Below, in pieces: positions 10,136 through 19,298 of a stretch of DNA of 64,000 nt. The stretch is from Gemmatimonadales bacterium (lineage in GTDB: Bacteria; Gemmatimonadota; Gemmatimonadetes; Gemmatimonadales; GWC2-71-9). How positions within the stretch are numbered: position 1 is the stretch's first letter; each line of letters opens with the position of its first letter. The stretch spans positions 2,774 through 66,773 of the forward strand of contig JANRIU010000095.1 of NCBI GenBank assembly GCA_033764615.1, written 5' to 3'. The translations under genes were made by a program, and so were the position numbers. The notes beneath the pieces were generated by a model. That model saw nothing but the letters and a program-made list of their open reading frames with translations. It was not told the DNA's origin and did not search any database.

Positions 10136-11602
10136 CTACTCGAGCGGGAGCGCCGCGGGGAAGCCGAGCGCCACGGCGAGCGCGGCGCGCGCGCCGGCGA
10201 GCTTCGCCCGCGCCGCCGCGAGCTTCACCGACTCGTCCAGGAGGAGCCGCTCGCGCAGGTTCACGACGAACAGCGTGCTCTCGCCGCTCTCGAAGCGGCG
10301 CACCTCGCCGTCACGCATCGCGCGCGCCTGCGTGACGGCGACGGCCTGCCGCGCCACGACCTGCTCGAACGTCTGCAGGTCGAACGCGGCCGCCGCGACG
10401 GCCAGGCGCACCTCCCGCGCGGCGAGCCCGCGGTCGAGCTCGGCGGACTCGAGCTTGGCGCGCGTGGCGCCGAGCTTCCCCCGCTCCTTCATGAGCAGCA
10501 GCGACTGCTTCCCCTCGAAGCCGAGCTTCTGGTTGCCCGCGAGGTCGGGCCACGGGCCGGTCCAGAAGCCCATCGAGTCGGCGCTGCCGAGCGCGCTGAA
10601 GGAGAGCGACGCCTCGGGCAGGAGCCCCTGCGCGGCGAGCAGCCGGTCGGCGCGGGCGCGCACGACCTTCGCGTCCGCCTTCAGGATCTCGGGGTGCCGG
10701 CGCAGCGCCTCGAGGAGCCACTGGTCGAGGCGCGCGGAGTCGGCGCGCTCGGCGCCCGGCACGTCGAGCGCGGGCTCGGTGCCGGCGACGAGCTCCAGCG
10801 GGCCGCCGTCGGCGTCCCAGAGGAAGAGGGCGACGGACTGGGTGGCCGAGAAGAACGCCGCGTCGGCCTCGAGGCGCGCCACGGTGCGGCGCTGCACCTC
10901 GAGCGCGGCCTCCACCGTGTCGAGCGCCGCGGCCTCGCCGTTGACGAAGCGGCTGCGCACGAGCCGCGCGCGCAGCTCGGCGAGCTCCTGGCCCTCGCGC
11001 GCGATGCGGCGGCGCTGGTCGGTCTCGTACCAGCCGGCGTACTCCTTGACCGCCGAGAAGAGCAGCTTGTTCACCGCGCCGAGCCGCTCGCCGATCGCCT
11101 GGTCGCGGAGCGCGGCGGCCTGCGCCACCGCGTTCCGGCGCTGGTCGGTGATGATGCCGCGCGCGAGCGGGATCGTCACCCCGGCGACGAACTGCCCGGA
11201 GTTCGGCGTCCCCGCCTCCGGGTTGATCGACGTGCCGCGCCCGCGCTCGAAGCCGAGCTTCACGTCGATGCCGATCGGCGTCGGCGCCTTGAGGCCCGCC
11301 TCGAGGTAGTCGTACGACGTCTTGCCGGTGAAGCGCTTGCGGTCGATGAGCAGGTACGCCGCGGGGTCGAAGAGCCCGCCGCGCGCGGCGAGCAGCTCCG
11401 CCTCGGCCTGGCGCTGCAGCAGCCGCGCCTGCCGCGCCACCGGGTGCCGCTCGAGGACGAGCGTGTAGAAGTCGCGGAGCGGCAGCTGCGGCGCCGACGC
11501 GAGCGTCGCGGTGGGGGCCGCCGGGGGGGCCGCCTGCGCGCCGAGCGGGGCGGCCGCGGCCGCCAGGGCCACGACCGCACGGCGGAGCGGACGCGCGCTC
11601 AC
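10136..11602 (-). CDS. TolC-family outer membrane efflux protein
   Basis: This is the C-terminal 488 aa of the 893-aa fused ORF. The GTG start at 11602 overlaps the HlyD stop (GTGA). It has a signal peptide (RRAVVALAAAAAPLGAQA) and two TolC-type repeat halves (LRDFYTLVLERHPVARQARLL..., coiled-coil Ala/Leu/Arg pattern). Confidence 0.8.
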   Translation of the reverse strand: MSARPLRRAVVALAAAAAPLGAQAAPPAAPTATLASAPQLPLRDFYTLVLERHPVARQARLLQRQAEAELLAARGGLFDPAAYLLIDRKRFTGKTSYDYLEAGLKAPTPIGIDVKLGFERGRGTSINPEAGTPNSGQFVAGVTIPLARGIITDQRRNAVAQAAALRDQAIGERLGAVNKLLFSAVKEYAGWYETDQRRRIAREGQELAELRARLVRSRFVNGEAAALDTVEAALEVQRRTVARLEADAAFFSATQSVALFLWDADGGPLELVAGTEPALDVPGAERADSARLDQWLLEALRRHPEILKADAKVVRARADRLLAAQGLLPEASLSFSALGSADSMGFWTGPWPDLAGNQKLGFEGKQSLLLMKERGKLGATRAKLESAELDRGLAAREVRLAVAAAAFDLQTFEQVVARQAVAVTQARAMRDGEVRRFESGESTLFVVNLRERLLLDESVKLAAARAKLAGARAALAVALGFPAALPLE

Positions 11603-12966
11603 TTCAGGTCGGTCTCGGCGGGCTTCGCCAGCGTCTGCGGCTCCGCGTCCTTCGCCTGGATGGCGGGCGGGAAGCCGTTCAGCTGCCGCCACAGCTCGAA
11701 CCAGACGCGCACCGTGTCGAGCATCGCCCAGCCGACGACGCGCGTCCCCATGCGCAGCTGCGCCGGCCACGGCGTGTCCTCCGGGTCGGGCGAGACGAGC
11801 ACGCGGAACTTCGCGTCCTTCGACTCCACCATGTCGATCGCCGTCACCACGCCGCCGAACGTGCCGACCGCCACCGACGGCCAGCCGATGAACTGCAGCG
11901 CCGGCCACCCCTCGAACTGGAGCCGCACCCGGCGCCCCTTCCGCAGGAGCGGGATGTCGTTCCCCTTCACGTACAGCTCCACCGCCTGCGACGGCGCCGC
12001 GGGGACGATCCGCACCACGGCGTCGCCCTCCTTGATCTGCTCGCCGATGCCGGCGCGCACCGCGCGCTGCACGTAGCCGTCCTGCGGCGCGTCGATGCGG
12101 TAGAAGCCCTGGCGCAGCTGGTAGCTCGTGTACTGGTTGCGCAGCTTCGCCACGTCGGCCCGCGCCTCCTGCACCTCCGACATCGTCTTGGCGCGGTCGG
12201 CCTCCGCCTTCGCCATCTTCTCGCGGTACTCGGCGGTGACGCCGTCGAGCTCGATGCGCGCGTTGATCAGCTCGTTGCGGGCCTTGAGCAGCTCGTTGCG
12301 CTTCTCCACCACCTTCGCGTCCGCCCCCTGCCGGCGGGCGACGAAGTTCTGGTACCGGTTCAGCGACTCCACGCCGTCCTTGTACATCGTCTCCATGCGG
12401 CGCGCCTGGTCGACGGCGAAGGCGGAGTCGACGAGCGCCTGCTCGAGCGACGCCGAATCCTTCTGCACGGCGAACTCCGCCTGCAGCAGCTTGTTGCGCG
12501 TCTGGCTCAGCTTGAGCTCGAGCGCCTGCTCCAGCGTCTGCACCTGCCGCAGCAGCGCCTCGGCGGTCTGCACCTTCGCCGAGATCGACCCCTCCTTGGC
12601 GGTCACCTGCTCGCCGAGGCGGTCGACCAGCTTCGGGTCGAGGTACGTCTCCTTCACCTCGGAGATCTGCAGGATCGGCGTCCCCTTGGTCACGAACTGC
12701 CCCTCGGCGACGAACCACTTCTCGATCCGCCCCGCGATCACGGTCGGGACGACCTGCGGGCGGTCCTGCGGGCGGAGCGCGCTCACCGTGCCGTCGGCCG
12801 AGATGTTCTGCTGCCACGGCAGGAAGAGCGCGACGATGAAGATGACGAGCAGCGCGCCCATCCAGCGCGCGAACTGGCGCTGGGCGTCGGAGGTGTTGAG
12901 CAGCCGGGCGGAGTAGACGCCGGCCGAGTCCAGGTCGAAGCCCGGACGGACCCCGGGCGCGCTCAT
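11599..12966 (-). CDS. HlyD-family membrane fusion / periplasmic adaptor protein
   Basis: This is the C-terminal 455 aa of the 1188-aa fused ORF. The ATG at 12966 overlaps the ABC stop (ATGA). It has an N-terminal TM (WMGALLVIFIVALFLPW), a lipoyl-like motif (GRIEKWFVAEGQFVTKGTPILQI), a long coiled coil and a beta-barrel domain (YRIDAPQDGYVQ...). Confidence 0.9.
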   Translation of the reverse strand: MSAPGVRPGFDLDSAGVYSARLLNTSDAQRQFARWMGALLVIFIVALFLPWQQNISADGTVSALRPQDRPQVVPTVIAGRIEKWFVAEGQFVTKGTPILQISEVKETYLDPKLVDRLGEQVTAKEGSISAKVQTAEALLRQVQTLEQALELKLSQTRNKLLQAEFAVQKDSASLEQALVDSAFAVDQARRMETMYKDGVESLNRYQNFVARRQGADAKVVEKRNELLKARNELINARIELDGVTAEYREKMAKAEADRAKTMSEVQEARADVAKLRNQYTSYQLRQGFYRIDAPQDGYVQRAVRAGIGEQIKEGDAVVRIVPAAPSQAVELYVKGNDIPLLRKGRRVRLQFEGWPALQFIGWPSVAVGTFGGVVTAIDMVESKDAKFRVLVSPDPEDTPWPAQLRMGTRVVGWAMLDTVRVWFELWRQLNGFPPAIQAKDAEPQTLAKPAETDLK

Positions 12967-15188
12967 CGGGCCTCCCCGCTGCGGTTGAGCTCCAGGGTCT
13001 GGCTGACGAGTGCGCGGAACGTCGCGTCCTCCATCAGCTCGGCGTACGTCCCCTCGCGCGCGACGCGGCCCCCCTCGAGCCAGAAGATCCAGTCGCACGC
13101 CGAGAGGTACATCGGGTCGTGCGTGGCGGCGAGCACCGTCCAGTCGCAGTCGCGGTCGGAGAGGAGGCGGATCACCTCGCGGCGGTAGCCGGGCTCGAGG
13201 TGCTCGAAGAGGTCGTCGATGATGAGCAGCTTCGGCCGCCCCGCGATCGCGCGCGCCAGCGCGATCTTCCGCACCATCGTCATCGGCAGCAGGCGGCCGC
13301 CGTTGGTGATCCGCGTGTCGATCCCCTCGGGCAGGAGCTGCACCTGCTCCGCGAGGCCGACGCGCTCGATGGCGAGCAGCACGTCCTCGGTGCGGATGCC
13401 GGTGCGGCCGAGCGAGATGTTCTCCTCGATCGTGCCCTCGAAGAGCTCCGGCGCCGCGAGCGTGCCGCCGACCTGCTGGCGGAACGAGAGCGGGTCCAGG
13501 TCGCGCAGGGAGACGCCGTTGTAGACGATGGCGCCGTGGTAGCCCGGCAGCATGCCGCCGAGCAGCTTGAGCAGCGTCGACTGCCCGGCGCCCTCGAGCC
13601 CCGTGACCGCCACCACCGCGCCGCCGTCCATCGAGAGCGAGACGTCGCGGATCGCCCAGTCGTCCGACTCCGGGTACCGGTACGACAGGCTCCGCGTCGT
13701 GACCTGCACGCCGGGCTCCTTGTCGTGCTCGGGGAGCAGCAGCCCCCCCGCCGCCTCGACCGGCAGGTCGGTGACGTGGCCCGACTTCTCGACGGCCACC
13801 AGCGCGTCGTACACCGTCGGCATCGTGAGGATCAGCTTCTCGATGCCGGCGAGGATCGTCACCACGATCACCTCCGACGCGACGAACTGGCCCAGGGTGA
13901 TCTGCTGGTCGCTCACCAGCACCATGCCGAGCACGAGCAGCGCCGCGGTGATCACCACCTTGAAGGCGACCATCCCCGTGCCCTGCGTCACCAGCACGCC
14001 GAAGTGGCCGCGGCGCGCCTTCAGGTAGTACGAGAGCTCGCGGTCCATCCGGTCGAGCGGCAGGTTGGAGCGGCCGGCGAGCTTCATGGTGCCGATGGTG
14101 CGCGCCATCTCCTCCAGCCAGTGCACGACGCGGTACTTGTACTTCGACTCCTTGAGGGCCGTGTCGAGGCCGCGCTGGTACGTCCAGCGCAGCAGCACGC
14201 CGAGCGAGACGACGAGGATGGCGGCGAAGCCCAGGAAGTACGGGTGGTAGAAGGCGAGCAGGACGAGGCCGAAGACGACCTGCAGGCCCGCCGCGAGGCC
14301 GTCCATCAGCAGCTTCGGGATCGACTTCTGGAGCGTGACGACCTCGAAGAAGCGGTTCATGAGCTCCGGGAGGTCCTCGGCGTTCACCGCCTCCACCTGC
14401 AGCCGCGGCACCCGCGTCGCGAACTCGAGGGCGATCCGCGCGAAGACGCGCTGCTGGATCACCTCCAGCACGTGCATCTCCGCGATCGTGAGCACGCCGC
14501 CGATCGCGGTCGCAATGACGACGAAGAGGATCAGCAGCGCCGCCGGCTGGATGATCTCGCGCGTCACCGCGAGCGAGGTGATCGCCTGCACCGCGAGCGG
14601 CAGCGCCAGCGAGAGCAGCGCGCTCACCACCGCGTAGAAGAGCGCGAGCAGGATCTCGCGCCGCTCCTGCCGCATCAGCAGCTTGAGCCGCTCGAACGCG
14701 GTCGGGTGCGCGTGGTCCGCCCCGTGGCCCGCGTCCAGCGACACCGACGGCGTCACGTTCACCGGCACGAGGCAGAGCGCGCCGCCCGCCGAGGCCGCGA
14801 GCGCCGCGAACGCGTCCACCGGCATCGGCACCTCCCGCGGCACCGCCCCCTCCGCGATCACCGTCACCTGCACGTCCCCGCCGTGCCGCCCGTGCGCGAG
14901 GTAGGCGATCGCGGGCTCGCCCGCCGCCGCGGCGGCGAGCACCAGCACGGGGAACGCCCCCTGCCGCGCCAGCTGCTCCAGCTCCTCGCGCTCCGCCGGC
15001 CGGTCGAGCCACGCCAGCTCGAACGGCGTGCCCGCCTGCAGCACCCGCTCGCGCGCCTGCGCCGGGTCGCCCGCAACGGCCGGCAGCTTCTTCAACACCT
15101 GCGCCCGGAGGTCCGGGTCCATCATGAGTCCCAGCCGCTTCGCGACCGCATCGGTCACGAGCCACGCCAGGGGCTGCGTCGTCGTCAC
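12963..15188 (-). CDS. T1SS-type ABC half-transporter with a C39-like N-terminal domain and degenerate ATPase motifs
   Basis: 741-aa ORF with a GTG start and a GGGAG RBS. It has an N-terminal domain of about 150 aa, a 6-TM ABC exporter domain and an NBD. By eye against HlyB, the NBD reads as follows: Walker A is GLEGAGQST (Lys to Gln); the Q-loop is TLAA (Gln lost); the signature LSGGQ is replaced by LPMTM; Walker B is LLIIDD (catalytic Glu to Asp); the H-loop His is retained (AATHD). Confidence 0.9.
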   Translation of the reverse strand: MTTTQPLAWLVTDAVAKRLGLMMDPDLRAQVLKKLPAVAGDPAQARERVLQAGTPFELAWLDRPAEREELEQLARQGAFPVLVLAAAAAGEPAIAYLAHGRHGGDVQVTVIAEGAVPREVPMPVDAFAALAASAGGALCLVPVNVTPSVSLDAGHGADHAHPTAFERLKLLMRQERREILLALFYAVVSALLSLALPLAVQAITSLAVTREIIQPAALLILFVVIATAIGGVLTIAEMHVLEVIQQRVFARIALEFATRVPRLQVEAVNAEDLPELMNRFFEVVTLQKSIPKLLMDGLAAGLQVVFGLVLLAFYHPYFLGFAAILVVSLGVLLRWTYQRGLDTALKESKYKYRVVHWLEEMARTIGTMKLAGRSNLPLDRMDRELSYYLKARRGHFGVLVTQGTGMVAFKVVITAALLVLGMVLVSDQQITLGQFVASEVIVVTILAGIEKLILTMPTVYDALVAVEKSGHVTDLPVEAAGGLLLPEHDKEPGVQVTTRSLSYRYPESDDWAIRDVSLSMDGGAVVAVTGLEGAGQSTLLKLLGGMLPGYHGAIVYNGVSLRDLDPLSFRQQVGGTLAAPELFEGTIEENISLGRTGIRTEDVLLAIERVGLAEQVQLLPEGIDTRITNGGRLLPMTMVRKIALARAIAGRPKLLIIDDLFEHLEPGYRREVIRLLSDRDCDWTVLAATHDPMYLSACDWIFWLEGGRVAREGTYAELMEDATFRALVSQTLELNRSGEAR

Positions 15189-15234
15189 TCGCCGTCTCCC
15201 TGATGGCCCCTAATCCCTAGGGCCTGAACGGGTT

Positions 15235-15269
15235 GGGCGAAACCCTACACCCGTCGTAGGATTTCGCCC
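15235..15269 (-). promoter_or_regulatory. Extended hairpin in the leader of the ABC/HlyD/TolC operon
   Basis: GGGCGAAA-C-CCTAC-ACCCGTC-GTAGG-A-TTTCGCCC gives 13 bp of stem. It lies between the ACOX stop (15321) and the ABC start (15188). No U-tract follows. Confidence 0.4.
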
Positions 15270-15299
15270 AAGCGATAATCATAGGTCAGCGTACCCGCC

Positions 15300-15315
15300 G
15301 GCACCATGCGGTGCC
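15300..15315 (-). terminator. Short GC hairpin directly after the acyl-CoA oxidase stop
   Basis: GGCACC-ATGC-GGTGCC, located 5 nt downstream of the stop at 15321..15323 on the minus strand. Confidence 0.35.
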
Positions 15316-15320
15316 GCTGC

Positions 15321-17225
15321 TCACCCGTCGCCGAGGGCGATCGGCGCGGCGAGCAGCGCGTCGGGGATGCCGAAGCCGTCCACGAGCGCGACGGCGTGCG
15401 GACGCAGCTCGGCGCACAGGGCGTTGACCTGCGCGCGGATCGCCTTCGCCTTCGGCGCCTCGAACAGGCCGTTGGCGAGGTACCACCCCTCGTGGCGCTC
15501 GAGCATGGAGAGCGCGTAGAGGTCGGCGAGGCGCAGCAGCGCCTCGCGCGTGCCGCCGCCGACCTGGGGGATGGCATCGCGGAACGCCTCATGGACGACC
15601 CGGTCGATGTGCGCGCCGGCGAGGTGGAGCAGGTGGTCCTGCACCTCGATGAGCGCGCCGAACGCGTCCATGCCGTCGTCCAGGCGCCCCTTGAGCCGCC
15701 GCGCCGCGGAGCGGAGCAGGCGCTCCTCGCGGTACCGGAGGGCGCCGAGCTGGAACGCCGGGTCGCGCAGGTGCTCCTCGTCGGTGAGGCGGCTCACCAC
15801 GGCGTTCCGCCGCGCGAGGCGCGTGCCGGTGGCGCGGGCGAGGTAGCGCACGAGGCCGGTGAAGCCGAGGCCGCCGAGGTGTTCGCGGTACCCGGTGAGG
15901 AGCCCCTTGGCGAGGAGCTGCATGAGGACGGTGTTGTCGCCCTCGAAGGTCTGGAAGATGTCGGTGTCGGCGCGGAGGACGCCGATGCGGTTCTCGGCGC
16001 GGTAGCCGACGCCGCCGCAGCACTCGCGGGCGAGCTGGAGCGTCTCGCCGGTGTGCCAGGTGGCGACCGCCTTGAGGCCCGCCGCGAGCCCCTCCATCTC
16101 GCGTTCGGTCGCCGCGGTGCGCCGCTGGAAGTCGCGCACGAGGCGCTTGATGCCGAAGTCGAGCGCATAGGTGCGCGCGAGCGGGAGGAGCAGGCGCCGC
16201 TGGTGCGTGAGGTAGTCGAGCAGCGGCACCTCCTGCCCGGGCTGCGGCCCGAACTGCCGCCGCCGCGCGCCGTAGCGCACCGCGATGGCGAGCCCGCTCT
16301 TCGCCGCCGAGAGCGCCGACGCGGCGATCGTGATGCGGCCGCCGACCAGCGTGGAGATCATGGTGAAGAAGCGCTTGCCGGGGTTGGCGATGGCGCTCTC
16401 GTACGTGCCGGCCTCGGTGACCCGGCCGAAGCGGTCGAGCAGCGCCTCGCGCGGGACGCGCACGTGGTCGAACGCGATCTGCCCGTTGTCGACGCCGTTC
16501 AGGCCGAGCTTCTCGCCCGAGTCGCGCACCTGCACGCCCGGCAGGAGGCGCCCCGCCTCGTCGCGCAGCGGCACCAGCAGGGCGTGCACGCCGTGGCAGG
16601 TGCCGCCCACGTGCAGCTGCGCGAAGACGGTCGCCATCCGCCCGTGCACCGCGGCGTTGCCGATCCACTCCTTCCACGCCGAGGCGTCGGGCGTGTGCAC
16701 CACGAACTCGCCGGCCGCCGCGTCCCACCGCGCCTCCGTGCGGATCTCGCGCACGTTGGAGCCGTGGCCGATCTCGGTCATGGCGAAGCAGCCGGGCAGC
16801 TCGCCGCTGCCGATGCGGGGCAGCACGGTGCGGTGGTGCCGCTCCGTGCCGAGCAGCGCGACGGAGCCGCCGAAGAGGCCGAACTGCACGCCGAACTTGA
16901 TGGTGAGCGAGAGGTCGTGGAACGCGATCGCCTCGAACGCCGCGAAGAACGCCGCCGGGTCGTCGTCGCCGCCGGCCACCTCCGGGTAGGCGAGCTTCCC
17001 GAGTCCCTCCGCCGCGAGGACCTGCAGCCACTCGTACACCAGCTCGCGGTACGCCTCCTTCGGCAGCCCGTACCGGTACGCGAAGCGCGGCTCGGCGAGC
17101 AGCTGCTTGATGCGCTCGCGAAGCGCGGCGTGCTCGCCATCGAGCAGGCGCTGGAGCGCGGCCGGGTCGGGCGTGAAGGCGGGAGCGGGGGACGGCGCGG
17201 GGCGGGCGGAGGCGGTCGCGGGCAT
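15321..17225 (-). CDS. Acyl-CoA oxidase / long acyl-CoA dehydrogenase family protein
   Basis: This is the C-terminal 634 aa of the 1212-aa fused ORF, starting at MPATASARP. It has ACOX-like motifs (CFAMTEIGHGSNV, GEKLGLNGVDNGQIAFDHVRVP, ECCGGVGY, TFEGDNTVL) and a long C-terminal ACOX-type helical domain. Confidence 0.85.
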   Translation of the reverse strand: MPATASARPAPSPAPAFTPDPAALQRLLDGEHAALRERIKQLLAEPRFAYRYGLPKEAYRELVYEWLQVLAAEGLGKLAYPEVAGGDDDPAAFFAAFEAIAFHDLSLTIKFGVQFGLFGGSVALLGTERHHRTVLPRIGSGELPGCFAMTEIGHGSNVREIRTEARWDAAAGEFVVHTPDASAWKEWIGNAAVHGRMATVFAQLHVGGTCHGVHALLVPLRDEAGRLLPGVQVRDSGEKLGLNGVDNGQIAFDHVRVPREALLDRFGRVTEAGTYESAIANPGKRFFTMISTLVGGRITIAASALSAAKSGLAIAVRYGARRRQFGPQPGQEVPLLDYLTHQRRLLLPLARTYALDFGIKRLVRDFQRRTAATEREMEGLAAGLKAVATWHTGETLQLARECCGGVGYRAENRIGVLRADTDIFQTFEGDNTVLMQLLAKGLLTGYREHLGGLGFTGLVRYLARATGTRLARRNAVVSRLTDEEHLRDPAFQLGALRYREERLLRSAARRLKGRLDDGMDAFGALIEVQDHLLHLAGAHIDRVVHEAFRDAIPQVGGGTREALLRLADLYALSMLERHEGWYLANGLFEAPKAKAIRAQVNALCAELRPHAVALVDGFGIPDALLAAPIALGDG

Positions 17226-17384
17226 GGGGGGAAAATACCCGGGAGCCGGGGGCGGGGGGCCAGGGGCCGGGGGCGACGGCGGGCGGGCAAACGGACGAAC
17301 GGCTAGGCTCCACCGCGGCGGCCCTCCCCGCCGACCCGCCTGCCCCCCTGCCCCCTTGCCCCCGGCCCCCAAGCCCCCGGCCCC
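17226..17384. promoter_or_regulatory. Divergent intergenic region with a mirrored G-run tract (17226..17288) and C-run tract (17321..17384)
   Basis: The sequence reads gggagccgggggcggggggccaggggccgggggcgacggcgggcggg ... ccctccccgccgacccgcctgcccccctgcccccttgcccccggcccccaagcccccggcccc, then the ATG. Both divergent mRNAs therefore have C-rich leaders with no obvious Shine-Dalgarno motif. Confidence 0.6.
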
Positions 17385-18775
<1,391 letters not shown>

Positions 18776-18791
<16 letters not shown>

Positions 18792-19279
18792 GCGTACGAC
18801 TCCTCGCGCTCGACCACGAAGCCGCGGCGGAGGTAGTTCGGCAGGGCGGACGGATGGTCGAGGGTGCAGGTGTTCAGGATGATCGCCGGCGGCGCGCTCC
18901 GCGCCGCCTCGGCGATCGCGAGGTCGAGCAGCGGTCCGCCCAGCCCGCGGCCGAGCCACGCGGGCAGCAGCCCGAAGTATGCGAGCTCCTCCGTGCCATC
19001 GGCGAGGCGGTCGAGCTGCACGAAGCCCGCGAGCGCGCCGTCGAGCTCGGCGAGGAAGACGCGGCGGCCCGGCTCCGCGAGGTAGGCATCCAGCCGGGCG
19101 TCATCCCACGCGAGCTTGTCGCGCCAGTGCCAGGGGCCGCCGACGTCGGCGTAGAGCCGCCGGTAGAGCGGCGCCGGGCACGGCGACACCGCGCGCAGGC
19201 CGAAGCCCGGCGGCGCGGGACGCGACGGGCGGTGGTCGCCGAGGCGGAGGTGCGTGCGCGTGACGGGGACGGTCGGCAT
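18776..19279 (-). CDS. GNAT family N-acetyltransferase
   Basis: This is the C-terminal 167 aa of the 293-aa ORF, starting at MPTVPV. It has a GNAT acetyl-CoA motif (LLPAWLGRGLGGPLLDLAI) and a C-terminal NYLRRGF. Its 3' end overlaps the convergent lyase gene by 16 nt. Confidence 0.75.
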
Positions 19280-19298
19280 GCCGTGTACTTTAGGCACG

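Noticed and set aside
10136-12817. Giant fused ORFs (10136..12817, 11599..15165, 15321..18959, 29311..34230, 38700..41549, 40424..44668, 57944..59275, 59570..63340) taken at face value as 900-1600 aa proteins
   Set aside because: Their N-terminal parts are shadow-frame readings of the upstream neighbour's coding region. Recognisable domains begin at internal ATG/GTG codons that coincide with signal peptides, RBS motifs or start/stop overlaps. I trimmed them accordingly.
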